Shown one piece after another: positions 18,101-25,543 of a stretch of 34,608 nucleotides of DNA. The stretch is from the sequence record SRR2962707_4511; one strand, 5' to 3'. A model generated the notes under the pieces. It was given only the letters and a program-made list of their open reading frames with translations. It was not told the origin of the DNA and did not search any database. Made by a program: the position numbers and the translations under genes. Position 1 is the stretch's first letter. Each line of letters starts with the position of its first letter.

Positions 18101-20411
18101 GTTGGACGCAGATAGTCTGGGCCGGGCATGGGACGAGGCGGTCTCAGCCTGGTGGCCCAAAGACTGGTTTGCCAAACGCAAGGTCCGAAAGGTGATGCGT
18201 CAGGGCGGCGCCCAGGCCAAACCGGATCCGGCCAGCGACATTCCCCTGCTGCACGAGCTTAGGGAAACCGGTGGTCACATCGATCGTTTGGATGCTCGGC
18301 TTAACAAATTGCACGGCTGGTCTCGCTACGACACAGACATCGGCGCTGTCAGCGATCTTCATATACTAGGCACTCGGGTTCGCTCTGTGGTCAGTAGACT
18401 GGCTGACAGTACCGACAGCCTGATTGCGCTGCGGACCGGTGTTCGCACGCTGCTGCACGATGCAAATGACTTGCTGGCGACGGAAGCCGTTGTTGGCAAG
18501 GTCATTGCCGGTTTTCTGGCATCCGCTTCAGCGTTTGAGCAGCGACGGGCGCACTTTGAACAGCTGGTCGGGACACAGCTGAAAGAGTACCTTCCGGCGG
18601 ACGCGAACGCCTGCGAACAGATTGTCAGCCTTTGTCAGCAGGTCGCAGGCCACCAATCGTCTTTGCGAGACTGGTGTGCCTGGGTTCGGCGGCGGTCAGA
18701 AGCCCTTGCCTTGCAGCTCGAACCTCTGGTGGATGTCATCGAGAGTGGCAGTGTGACACCGGAGGATATTCCTGCAGCCTTTGAGGCGGCTTACTGCAAT
18801 TGGTGGTCTGCAGGAATCATAGGAGAAAATGAAACCCTTAGAACCTTCTCGTCTCCGGAACATGAAGCGACCATTCAACGGTTCCGGGAGCTGGATTCAC
18901 GGTTCTGCGAACTGACCGCCCGGCATATAGCCGCCGAGCTGTCGCGCAATATTCCGGAACAAGGCGACGTAACCCGCAGCTCACACTGGGGCGTTCTGCG
19001 CCATGAGCTGCAAAAGAAGGCCCGGCATAAATCGGTTCGGGAACTGATGCAATTGATGCCGGATGTCGTCACTACCCTGGCGCCTTGTCTGATGATGTCA
19101 CCACTCTCGATTGCCCAGTATCTGTCTGCAGATCAGGCGCTGTTTGATGTAGTAATTTTTGACGAAGCGTCACAGATCACGGTGGGTGACGCCATTGGCT
19201 CGTTGGCCCGTGGCCGGCAGGTGATCGTAGCGGGAGACCCTAAACAGATGCCGCCCACCAATTTTTTCTCCCGTTCCGATGACGACCCGGATGGTGATAT
19301 GGATGGGGAGAGCGATCTGGAGAGCATTCTGGATGAGCTGATCGGAGCCAGTATTCCCCAGCGGGTGCTGAACCTGCACTACCGGTCTCGGCGGGAAAGC
19401 CTGATCGCATTCTCGAACCGACAATACTACGACAGCTCTCTGGTCACCTTCCCTGCACCGGTCCATCCGGACAAGGGAGTGTCTCTGGTTCGGGTAGATG
19501 GAGTGTATGGCCGCGGGGCGGAACGTAATAACCCCGAGGAGGCGAAAGCCATCGTGGCGGAGATCGTCCGCCGACTCACCTCCGATGATCCGTCCATTCG
19601 CCAACAATCAATTGGAGTAGTGACGTTCAATACCGAACAGCAGGCTACGATTGAAGATCTGCTTGATGAAGCGCGCGCCAGGGATCCGTCCATCGAATGG
19701 GCCTTCTCAGAGGACAACAACCTGGAACCGGTTTTCGTGAAGAACCTGGAAACTGTGCAGGGAGACGAGCGTGACGTCATTCTCTTCAGCATAACCTACG
19801 GTCCGGATCGTCAGGGACGGATTACCATGGATTTTGGTCCGTTGAACCGAGCTGGTGGCGAACGCCGTCTGAACGTCGCGCTGACGCGGGCTCGCACCCG
19901 GATGATGGTCTTTACCAGCATGCCCCCGGAAGCCATCGATCTTTCGCGCACGCAGGCCCGTGCGGTGGCGGACCTCAAACACTTCATGGAGTTTGCCGAG
20001 CGTGGTGTGCAGTCCTTTGGCCGACAGGGCGCAGAGACCGTGGATAACATTGCGTCTCCTTTTGAAACTGCCGTGGCAAGAGCACTTCAGAGCAAGGGTT
20101 GGAGCGTCCACTCGCAGGTCGGTGCCTCTGCCTACCGGGTTGATATCGGGGTCGCCCATCCGAATGTGCCGGGTACCTACCTGGCGGGTATAGAGTGTGA
20201 CGGTGAAATGTATTTGAGCTCCCCATACGCCCGTGAGCGGGACAAGATTCGTCAGAGCGTGATGGAAGGGCTCGGTTGGACGCTGTTCCGGGTATGGGCG
20301 ACTGACTGGTGGACCAGCCCCGATAAAGCGCTTAACGACTTGGACTTTGCGTTGCGTACGCTGTTAGATAACTCTTCAGCACAAGACGGGGTAGAAAATC
20401 CGGACCTTTAG
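15168..20411 (+). CDS. Hhe-like large anti-phage protein: transglutaminase-like N-terminus, DUF4011, SF1 (Upf1/DNA2-like) helicase, Vsr-like nuclease
   Basis: WQRKLLDLSARNPLL (DUF4011 start), GPPGTGKSQT, DEASQ, GDPKQMPP, HYRS, VQGDERD, RRLNVALTRAR, and C-terminal SPFE...RVDIGV...IECDG...GWTLFRVWATDWW. Confidence 0.82.
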   Translation: MSEQEAPEVQISATFVEKINFACHQSAFAILRELKVQNLDTREGLSDLTIVLEASPAFLKRKEWKVDYLAAKELLHVKDRDLELDGGFLYGLTESMRGAVTVQVLQAGRMLSERVIQVELLACNEWGGAEYMPELLASFCTPNDPAVDRLLGQASQILRKAGKPDAIDGYRSGSREQVWLQASAIYSAVVNMQVSYALPPASFESNGQKIRLPSQIENSRVATCLDSTLLLAAAFEQANLNPMIVLTRGHALVGLWLEKEDLSDIVLRDPQILRQRIPLKELILIETTLTTQHPPVSFSRAVAAGNDQMSISEDYKFIAAVDIRRARAHRFNPISLKSPSIAPRDSANISEPEELELEDAPDLDSNPPQYLEQSVPDDTPEGRVERWQRKLLDLSARNPLLDFRHGLSSLSILTVAPAELEDVLASGTKISIAPYPWSQTRKQDSELHQQRTGEELKAAYVRDAFSKNQVLVDMPQNELDRRAVEIYRRAQTSLREGGSNTLFLAMGFMLWRSRENNRVYRAPLVLLPVTLERKSVRQGIRIVANDDEPRFNTTLLEMLRRDFGIDIHGFDDALPRDEHGVDIPGIWNTVRHAIKDVAGFEVVENVVLGHFSFAKYLMWKDLVDRSAALKESPVVKHLIESPRDPYDSDIRFVDASDIDNQYKPADFLTPLPADSSQMSAIATADLGKDFVIIGPPGTGKSQTISNLIAHLLGKGKKVLFVSEKTAALEVVHRRLRDVGLGQFCLELHSNKASKADVLAQLGASWNNAARTPVAGWQREADLLRTQRDSLNNVVNALHERHRNGLTAHYAIGVKVRDQALTEKVRLGWDKTDAHDERQLQQLREMAELLRVQARAVWQFDGHPLKVVNQYEWHPQWQEQLVSAAEEFQVGATQLADHLVELEKAIGVKLGPVNLPRLEGVVELGQALLDCYGKRVAFALEPEGQECLNGITEVMPYLERYQVALPKLSCPYEPLAWQKLDADSLGRAWDEAVSAWWPKDWFAKRKVRKVMRQGGAQAKPDPASDIPLLHELRETGGHIDRLDARLNKLHGWSRYDTDIGAVSDLHILGTRVRSVVSRLADSTDSLIALRTGVRTLLHDANDLLATEAVVGKVIAGFLASASAFEQRRAHFEQLVGTQLKEYLPADANACEQIVSLCQQVAGHQSSLRDWCAWVRRRSEALALQLEPLVDVIESGSVTPEDIPAAFEAAYCNWWSAGIIGENETLRTFSSPEHEATIQRFRELDSRFCELTARHIAAELSRNIPEQGDVTRSSHWGVLRHELQKKARHKSVRELMQLMPDVVTTLAPCLMMSPLSIAQYLSADQALFDVVIFDEASQITVGDAIGSLARGRQVIVAGDPKQMPPTNFFSRSDDDPDGDMDGESDLESILDELIGASIPQRVLNLHYRSRRESLIAFSNRQYYDSSLVTFPAPVHPDKGVSLVRVDGVYGRGAERNNPEEAKAIVAEIVRRLTSDDPSIRQQSIGVVTFNTEQQATIEDLLDEARARDPSIEWAFSEDNNLEPVFVKNLETVQGDERDVILFSITYGPDRQGRITMDFGPLNRAGGERRLNVALTRARTRMMVFTSMPPEAIDLSRTQARAVADLKHFMEFAERGVQSFGRQGAETVDNIASPFETAVARALQSKGWSVHSQVGASAYRVDIGVAHPNVPGTYLAGIECDGEMYLSSPYARERDKIRQSVMEGLGWTLFRVWATDWWTSPDKALNDLDFALRTLLDNSSAQDGVENPDL

Positions 20412-20419
20412 ATCTTGCG

Positions 20420-21658
20420 TCAGGTTGATGCCTCAGGCACTGGCTCAGGCCGGCGCCAGGCAACCAGGAAAATTATCAGCCCGGCCACGGCGGTTGCAGC
20501 CCCTACGTAGCCCGTGGATTGCCAGCCGAAGCCGGCGGTAATGGCCAGCCCGCCAAGCCATGGGCCGAGGGCGTTGGCGAGATTGAACGCGGCGTGATGA
20601 GAGGCGGCGGCCAGGGTCTGGGCGCCGGTGGCTACGTCCATCAGGTGGGTTTGCAGAGCCGGGCCCAGCGCCACCATCAATGCGGTCAGGAAGCAGACTA
20701 CGAGTAACACGGGCAATGAGCCTGTGGCAGACGGAAAGACGCTCAGAATCATGGCGCTGAACACCAGGATCACGCCAACGGCCCGGAATTGCAGGCGGTC
20801 AAACAGCCAGCCACCAAGCAGGTTGCCTACAAAACCGCCCATCCCGAACACCACCAGGGCCACCGGAATCCAGACCGCATCCACTCGTGTGACTTCCAAC
20901 AGCGTCGGGGCAAGGTAACTGAACACCGCGAACATGCCTGCGAAGCCGATAGCGCCAATGGCCAGCGCAAACCAGATTTGTGGTTTGTTAAAGGCGCGGA
21001 CCTCGCTTAACGGGCTGTGCCTTTGTTCCTGTGGATTTTTGGGCAGGAACAGGGCAACCAGCACTACGGTGAGTAACGACACCAGGCCAACAAAACCAAA
21101 GGCGTAGCGCCAGTTCATGGATTGCCCCATCACCGTGGCCAGGGGGTTGCCGATCAGCAGTGCAAGAGTCAGCCCCATCATGATCTGGCTCACCGCCTTG
21201 GCCCGCTTGTGTACCGGCACCAGTGAGGCTGCCACGAGGGCCGCAACACCAAAGTAGGCGCCATGGGGCAGTCCGGCGATAAACCGGAAAACCAGCAGGG
21301 ATTCGTAATTGCTGGCCAGGGCACTGGCCAGGTTGCCCAGCGCGTAGAAGGACATCAGTAGTATGAGCAACTGCCGCCGGAACAGTTGCGCGCCGAGAAT
21401 GGCCAGAATGGGCGCACCGACCACCACGCCCAGCGCATAGGTGGAGATAAGATGGCCTACTTGTGGTTCAGAAACGCCGAGATCCTGAGCAACATTGGGC
21501 ATCAATCCCATAATGGCGAATTCACCGGTACCGATACCAAAGCCGCCCATCGCCAGCGCAAAGATGATCAGCCAGGTCGGAAGGCCCGAATCGGGATTGT
21601 GGGTGGCGGCGCTCAATCTGATCTCCTTGATTCCATCAGGGAAGAGAAAGCCCGCCAT
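20420..21658 (-). CDS. MFS transporter, DHA1/AraJ-YdhP-like
   Basis: About 12 hydrophobic segments; motifs FGIGTGEF, YALGVVVGAP, RFIAGLPHGAYFG, AFNLANALG. Start codon uncertain. Confidence 0.88.
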   Translation of the reverse strand: MAGFLFPDGIKEIRLSAATHNPDSGLPTWLIIFALAMGGFGIGTGEFAIMGLMPNVAQDLGVSEPQVGHLISTYALGVVVGAPILAILGAQLFRRQLLILLMSFYALGNLASALASNYESLLVFRFIAGLPHGAYFGVAALVAASLVPVHKRAKAVSQIMMGLTLALLIGNPLATVMGQSMNWRYAFGFVGLVSLLTVVLVALFLPKNPQEQRHSPLSEVRAFNKPQIWFALAIGAIGFAGMFAVFSYLAPTLLEVTRVDAVWIPVALVVFGMGGFVGNLLGGWLFDRLQFRAVGVILVFSAMILSVFPSATGSLPVLLVVCFLTALMVALGPALQTHLMDVATGAQTLAAASHHAAFNLANALGPWLGGLAITAGFGWQSTGYVGAATAVAGLIIFLVAWRRPEPVPEAST

Positions 21659-21715
21659 TGTCAGGATTGGGTGCTCTAACGGCTATAAGCGATTATGAGG
21701 ATGGACGTTAGCTTG

Positions 21716-22738
21716 CTAATTCAAGCCGTAGCGGCGTTCGCGCTCAAACCGGAAAAAGCCCTCTTCCTCTTCCCGTTCGATGGTCGGGGCAGAAAACCCG
21801 AAATGTTCCTGGCGAAGATCCGTTAACGCAGCCTCCAGTTGATCGCCGTTCAGGCGGTTCTCCAGGGCGCGTCTTTCGGCCATATAAGCTTTGCCTTTCT
21901 GCCATTTTTCCTCCCGGCGCTGGTCTTCCTCGGCCAACTGGCGAACGGCCTCTTCGGAGTAGCCTATCTGGCGGCGCAGAGCGTTGATGGCTTGCTGGCG
22001 TTTGTCTGCAGGCAGGCTGGCGAGTTGCTGTTGAACGCTGTCCATGGAGAACAGGGCGTGGCCGGTCGCACCGGAACCCGCCAGTTGCCGGGCCAGATCG
22101 GCACCATAGAGTTCGTCTGCGGTGGTCTGTAGCTGGTGAGCCAGTTCGGTCAGTGGCATCTGGTTGGCCTGGTCCAGCCGCGCCAGAGTCTGCTGGAACT
22201 GGTCCGATTTGGCTTCCACCGGGTTCTGCTCCTCGGCCCAGATCTGGCTTGCCAGGGGGCCGAAAATCGCTTCGCGTTGCTGCCAGAGCTCGGCGTAGCG
22301 TTCCATGTCCGGCAACCCCTGTAAACGAAGCTCGTGATTGTCGAGCCATCGGTTGTACAGGTCCAGCTTGGCCAATAACGCGAAAATGCTGTCGGCCAGT
22401 TCTGGAAAGGCCGTGGTGATGGCGGACTGGAAAAGCTCGTCACCGGAATCCGGATAACGCGCCAACAGGTTTCGGCGTTCGTTATACAGACGTGCCTGGG
22501 TGGCCGGCTCGGTGATGGTGTCGCCGTAGAGTTCCAGGTACTTAACGGCCAGTTCAACAACGCGTTGGTCGCCGCTTTGGGTTGGCTCGGCGGCGGACGT
22601 CGCTGCCGCACGCGAGGGGGTGGAGCCATTGGGCGCTTGCATAGCCGCCGGCTCTGATGACTCGGGCCAGTAATGAAAACCGCCAGCAATCACTAAGGCC
22701 AGGGCACCGAGCGCCAATACGGAATTGAGTGGTTTCAT
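21716..22738 (-). CDS. Lipase-foldase (Lif)-like helical protein with N-terminal membrane anchor
   Basis: Hydrophobic anchor, Pro/Ala/Ser linker, then helical blocks (QQREAIFG...IWAEE; EEAVRQLAEEDQRREEKWQ...YMAERRAL...LRQEHF) resembling the lipase chaperone C-terminus. Lies downstream of a lipolytic gene. Confidence 0.6.
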   Translation of the reverse strand: MKPLNSVLALGALALVIAGGFHYWPESSEPAAMQAPNGSTPSRAAATSAAEPTQSGDQRVVELAVKYLELYGDTITEPATQARLYNERRNLLARYPDSGDELFQSAITTAFPELADSIFALLAKLDLYNRWLDNHELRLQGLPDMERYAELWQQREAIFGPLASQIWAEEQNPVEAKSDQFQQTLARLDQANQMPLTELAHQLQTTADELYGADLARQLAGSGATGHALFSMDSVQQQLASLPADKRQQAINALRRQIGYSEEAVRQLAEEDQRREEKWQKGKAYMAERRALENRLNGDQLEAALTDLRQEHFGFSAPTIEREEEEGFFRFERERRYGLN

Positions 22739-22772
22739 TGCAGCGGTCCTGCTATTGGTTTTGCCGAATGCG

Positions 22773-22797
22773 GTCCCGGCCGCCGTTCGGCCGGGAC
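22773..22797 (-). other. GC-rich intercistronic hairpin between the SGNH gene and the Lif-like gene
   Basis: GTCCCGGCCG-ccgtt-CGGCCGGGAC, a 10-bp perfect stem 8 nt after the SGNH stop, with no U tract on the minus strand. Confidence 0.6.
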
Positions 22798-22805
22798 ACC
22801 TGGGC

Positions 22806-23579
22806 TCAGAGGAGCGGTTGCAGTTTCGGCCAGATCAGATCAGCGATCTTTTTCGAACCGCTATCCGCGGGGTGGATACCATCAAAAATGATGTCGCGGT
22901 CGTTGATTACCCAGCGCGGATCCACAAATGTGCAGTCCAGTACCGAGTTTTCACAGGCCCGGGCCAGTGTAGCATTGCCGTAGTCCACCGCCTCTTTCAT
23001 GTCGTCCAGCCGGAACAGGCCGTTCTTGGTGTAGTAGTAGCCGGTAAGAATGCCGTTCTGAACGCCGGCCTCCGCCATCTCGTTCAGGAAATCCACGCCT
23101 TCCACATAGATATCATCGATGAAATCACGGCATTGCTGGCTCAGGCGCCCGAAGCGCCACCAGGGCGTCTTGCAGTTGTTGGAGTTGAAGGCAATCGCCG
23201 GAATCAGAATATCGTTCCCGCCGGCATCACCGACAATGGTTTTGATATCCGGGTTGTCTGTGACGGCTTCCCGGAACTGATTGGGAATAGACGGGGCAAT
23301 CAGCTCACCGGACAGCTCTGCACCGGAGACTGTGTAGCGCCGGAAAGTCTCGCCGGCTTTGGCTTCCAGCTGATTCTGGATTTCACCGGAGAGGGCAAAG
23401 ATGGAATCGCCAACGAAAACGACCTGGTCGTTATCGGCGTCGGTCACCTTGTCGTTACTGAGCAGATAGCCGAGTTCACTGCAGCCGGTAAACAGCAGTG
23501 CCGTGCCAAGTGCCATGGCTGGTTTGAGGGTTTTGCCCAGGAGATCGGGCAGGAACGAACGGTGTTCATTAATTGTCAT
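22806..23579 (-). CDS. SGNH/GDSL hydrolase, predicted lipoprotein
   Basis: Block I VFVGDSI, block II SGA, block III GGNDI, block V DGIHP; lipobox-like LLFTG-C; AGGAG ribosome-binding site. Confidence 0.88.
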   Translation of the reverse strand: MTINEHRSFLPDLLGKTLKPAMALGTALLFTGCSELGYLLSNDKVTDADNDQVVFVGDSIFALSGEIQNQLEAKAGETFRRYTVSGAELSGELIAPSIPNQFREAVTDNPDIKTIVGDAGGNDILIPAIAFNSNNCKTPWWRFGRLSQQCRDFIDDIYVEGVDFLNEMAEAGVQNGILTGYYYTKNGLFRLDDMKEAVDYGNATLARACENSVLDCTFVDPRWVINDRDIIFDGIHPADSGSKKIADLIWPKLQPLL

Positions 23580-23602
23580 TGTTTGAACTCCTTGTGTAAG
23601 GG

Positions 23603-23619
23603 ATAGACGGTCCGTCTAT
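23603..23619. promoter_or_regulatory. Perfect palindrome, candidate repressor operator of the SGNH-Lif operon
   Basis: ATAGACGG-T-CCGTCTAT, 24-40 nt upstream of the SGNH start. Confidence 0.55.
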
Positions 23620-23731
23620 GGGTACTGCCCTTTCAATATCGTCCATAGGCGCCGGTTTGCAGAATGGGAGAAGAGGCTTCGCAGTTGTCAGATCCGGCCT
23701 TCAGTCGGTCATTGTGAACCGCCTCTCAGTG

Positions 23732-23747
23732 CTTGACCTGTCTCAAG
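23732..23747. promoter_or_regulatory. FNR/ANR-like box upstream of cbpA
   Basis: CTTGA-CCTGTC-TCAAG matches TTGA-N6-TCAA. A possible -10 TATTTT lies at 23768-23773. Confidence 0.35.
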
Positions 23748-23834
23748 TGGCGGTGAGCACTGGCTTGTATTTTTTCCATCAGCGTCAAATATAGGTAGTC
23801 AGAGAAACCTATTTGCTCAGATGCGAGGAGCGCC

Positions 23835-24794
23835 ATGGATTTCAAAGACTATTACGCCGTCCTCGGTGTGAGTGAGTCTGCCACGCCCGAGGAAATCAAG
23901 AAGGCTTACCGAAAGCTGGCGCGGAAATATCACCCGGATGTCAGCAAAGAGGCCGATGCGAGCGACCGTTTTAAAGAAGTGGGCGAAGCGTATGAAGTAC
24001 TGAAGGACCCGGAGAAACGGGCCGAGTACGACCAGTTGCGCAAGTACGGTACCCGAGACGATGGTTCATTCCAGCCGCCACCGGGCTGGCAGAGTGCCTC
24101 CGGCTTTGGCGGCGGAGGATACACAGAGGCCGACGCTCGTCAGTTCAGTGATTTTTTTGAGGAAATCTTCGGCGGAGGCCGGCGTGGAGGCTTCGGTGGT
24201 GGCGGTTTTCGCCAGAGCATGAGAATGCGGGGTGAGGATGTGCATGCCCGGCTGGCCCTGTTTCTTGAAGAGGCCTTTAACGGTTGCGAGAAACAGGTGT
24301 CGTTTACGGTTCATGAACCGGATGACCAGGGCCGCCTGATACCACGTCAGAAGACCCTGAAAGTAAAGATCCCCGCGGGCATGCGGGAAGGGCAGCACAT
24401 CAGGCTCAAAGGCCAGGGCGCGCCCGGCGTTGGTGGCGGTGAGTCTGGCGATCTGTTTATCGAAGTGGAACTGGCGCCCCACCCGCACTTCAGCATTGAG
24501 GGCCGGGATGTGCTGGTTACTGTGCCAATCTCCCCGTGGGAGGCCGCCCTGGGTGCGACGGTCACAGTACCAACGGTGAGCGGAAAGGTGAATGTGAAGG
24601 TTCCGAAGGGGGCCACCAGCGGGCGCAAACTCCGGCTCAAGGGCAAAGGCTTCCCGGGTAAACATCCGGGCGACCAGATTGTGGTACTGCAAGTGGCCAT
24701 GCCGGAACAGCACACGGCGGAAGCTGAAGCACTCTACGAGAAGCTGGCTGAGCTGGAGAAAGGCTTTAATCCGCGCAGCAAGCTGCACGTGTGA
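23835..24794 (+). CDS. cbpA: Curved DNA-binding protein, DnaJ-class co-chaperone
   Basis: MDFKDYY, J-domain HPD motif, G/F-rich linker, DnaJ C-terminal domain, no zinc finger; followed by cbpM. Confidence 0.93.
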   Translation: MDFKDYYAVLGVSESATPEEIKKAYRKLARKYHPDVSKEADASDRFKEVGEAYEVLKDPEKRAEYDQLRKYGTRDDGSFQPPPGWQSASGFGGGGYTEADARQFSDFFEEIFGGGRRGGFGGGGFRQSMRMRGEDVHARLALFLEEAFNGCEKQVSFTVHEPDDQGRLIPRQKTLKVKIPAGMREGQHIRLKGQGAPGVGGGESGDLFIEVELAPHPHFSIEGRDVLVTVPISPWEAALGATVTVPTVSGKVNVKVPKGATSGRKLRLKGKGFPGKHPGDQIVVLQVAMPEQHTAEAEALYEKLAELEKGFNPRSKLHV

Positions 24795-24805
24795 GGGAGG
24801 CGAAC

Positions 24806-25150
24806 ATGACGAGCAAAGACCGGATTCTGACGGTGGAAGTCACCGACACCGATGGCAGCACCTTCTCGCTTCGGGAAATCTGCGAACGCGGGGACTGCCA
24901 TGCAGAGTTTGTTATCAAACTGGTGGATTATGGGGTCATTGCGCCACTGGACGAGGTGCCGGAAATGCGCCAGTGGCAATTCGACGTGGCCGCGCTGAGT
25001 CGCTTGCAGAAAGCGCTGCGCCTGCAGCGGGATCTCAAACTCAACCTGCCGGGGCTGGCGATGTCGCTGGAGCTGCTGGATGAAGTTCAGGACATGCGGC
25101 GGGAGGTGGACCGTCTGAACCAGCGCATTCGTCAACTGATGGGCGAGTAG
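24806..25150 (+). CDS. cbpM: Chaperone modulator CbpM (MerR-like)
   Basis: LVDYGVIAP...RLQRDLKLNLPGLAMSLELLDEV motif; GGAGG before ATG 24806; directly after cbpA. Confidence 0.9.
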   Translation: MTSKDRILTVEVTDTDGSTFSLREICERGDCHAEFVIKLVDYGVIAPLDEVPEMRQWQFDVAALSRLQKALRLQRDLKLNLPGLAMSLELLDEVQDMRREVDRLNQRIRQLMGE

Positions 25151-25183
25151 GCGTATTATTGTCCCGGGGGCTGAACGCCTGTT

Positions 25184-25360
25184 TCAGCGCCCGGACTTTT
25201 CCAGTGCCTGTATTTCGGCGTAAATCTTTTCCGCCTCCTCCATCAGCGTGCCGTGACTACGCAAATCGCCATTACGCTGTGCATGCAGCGCCTTGGCGAG
25301 CTTTTCCTCATAGGCTTTCTGCAGTTTTTTCTTCGGGTCGCCCTTCAGAAATCCCAGCAT
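25184..25360 (-). CDS. 58-aa helical small protein (DUF6435-like), absent from the ORF track
   Basis: Manual translation: MLGFLKGDPKKKLQKAYEEKLAKALHAQRNGDLRSHGTLMEEAEKIYAEIQALEKSGR*. GAGGAG lies 9 nt upstream and codon usage is typical. Confidence 0.8.
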   Translation of the reverse strand: MLGFLKGDPKKKLQKAYEEKLAKALHAQRNGDLRSHGTLMEEAEKIYAEIQALEKSGR

Positions 25361-25543
25361 GGCTGGCTTCTCCTCTTGTTCAGTGTTTCAGCATATACGC
25401 TGTCGGGCCGGCGTAGTTCACTCCAGAACCTGGATTGCTGCCCACATAGGCCCGCCTTTTGCTATACATAAAGACAGAAACTCGGCAGGGAGCCGGCTGT
25501 CGGTGTGCAGGATGCTTTGCGCGCGAACACTAGCGGAGTCCCT

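Noticed and set aside
10851-20443. Loose direct repeat (GTTGAGGCCGTCATTCACTG at 10851 versus GTTGATGCCTCAGGCACTG at 20424) as att sites of the defence island
   Set aside because: Short, gapped and mismatched, with no integrase or tRNA nearby. Compatible with chance.
23835-24794. dnaJ
   Set aside because: No CxxCxGxG zinc-finger repeats, and it is followed by cbpM, so it is cbpA.
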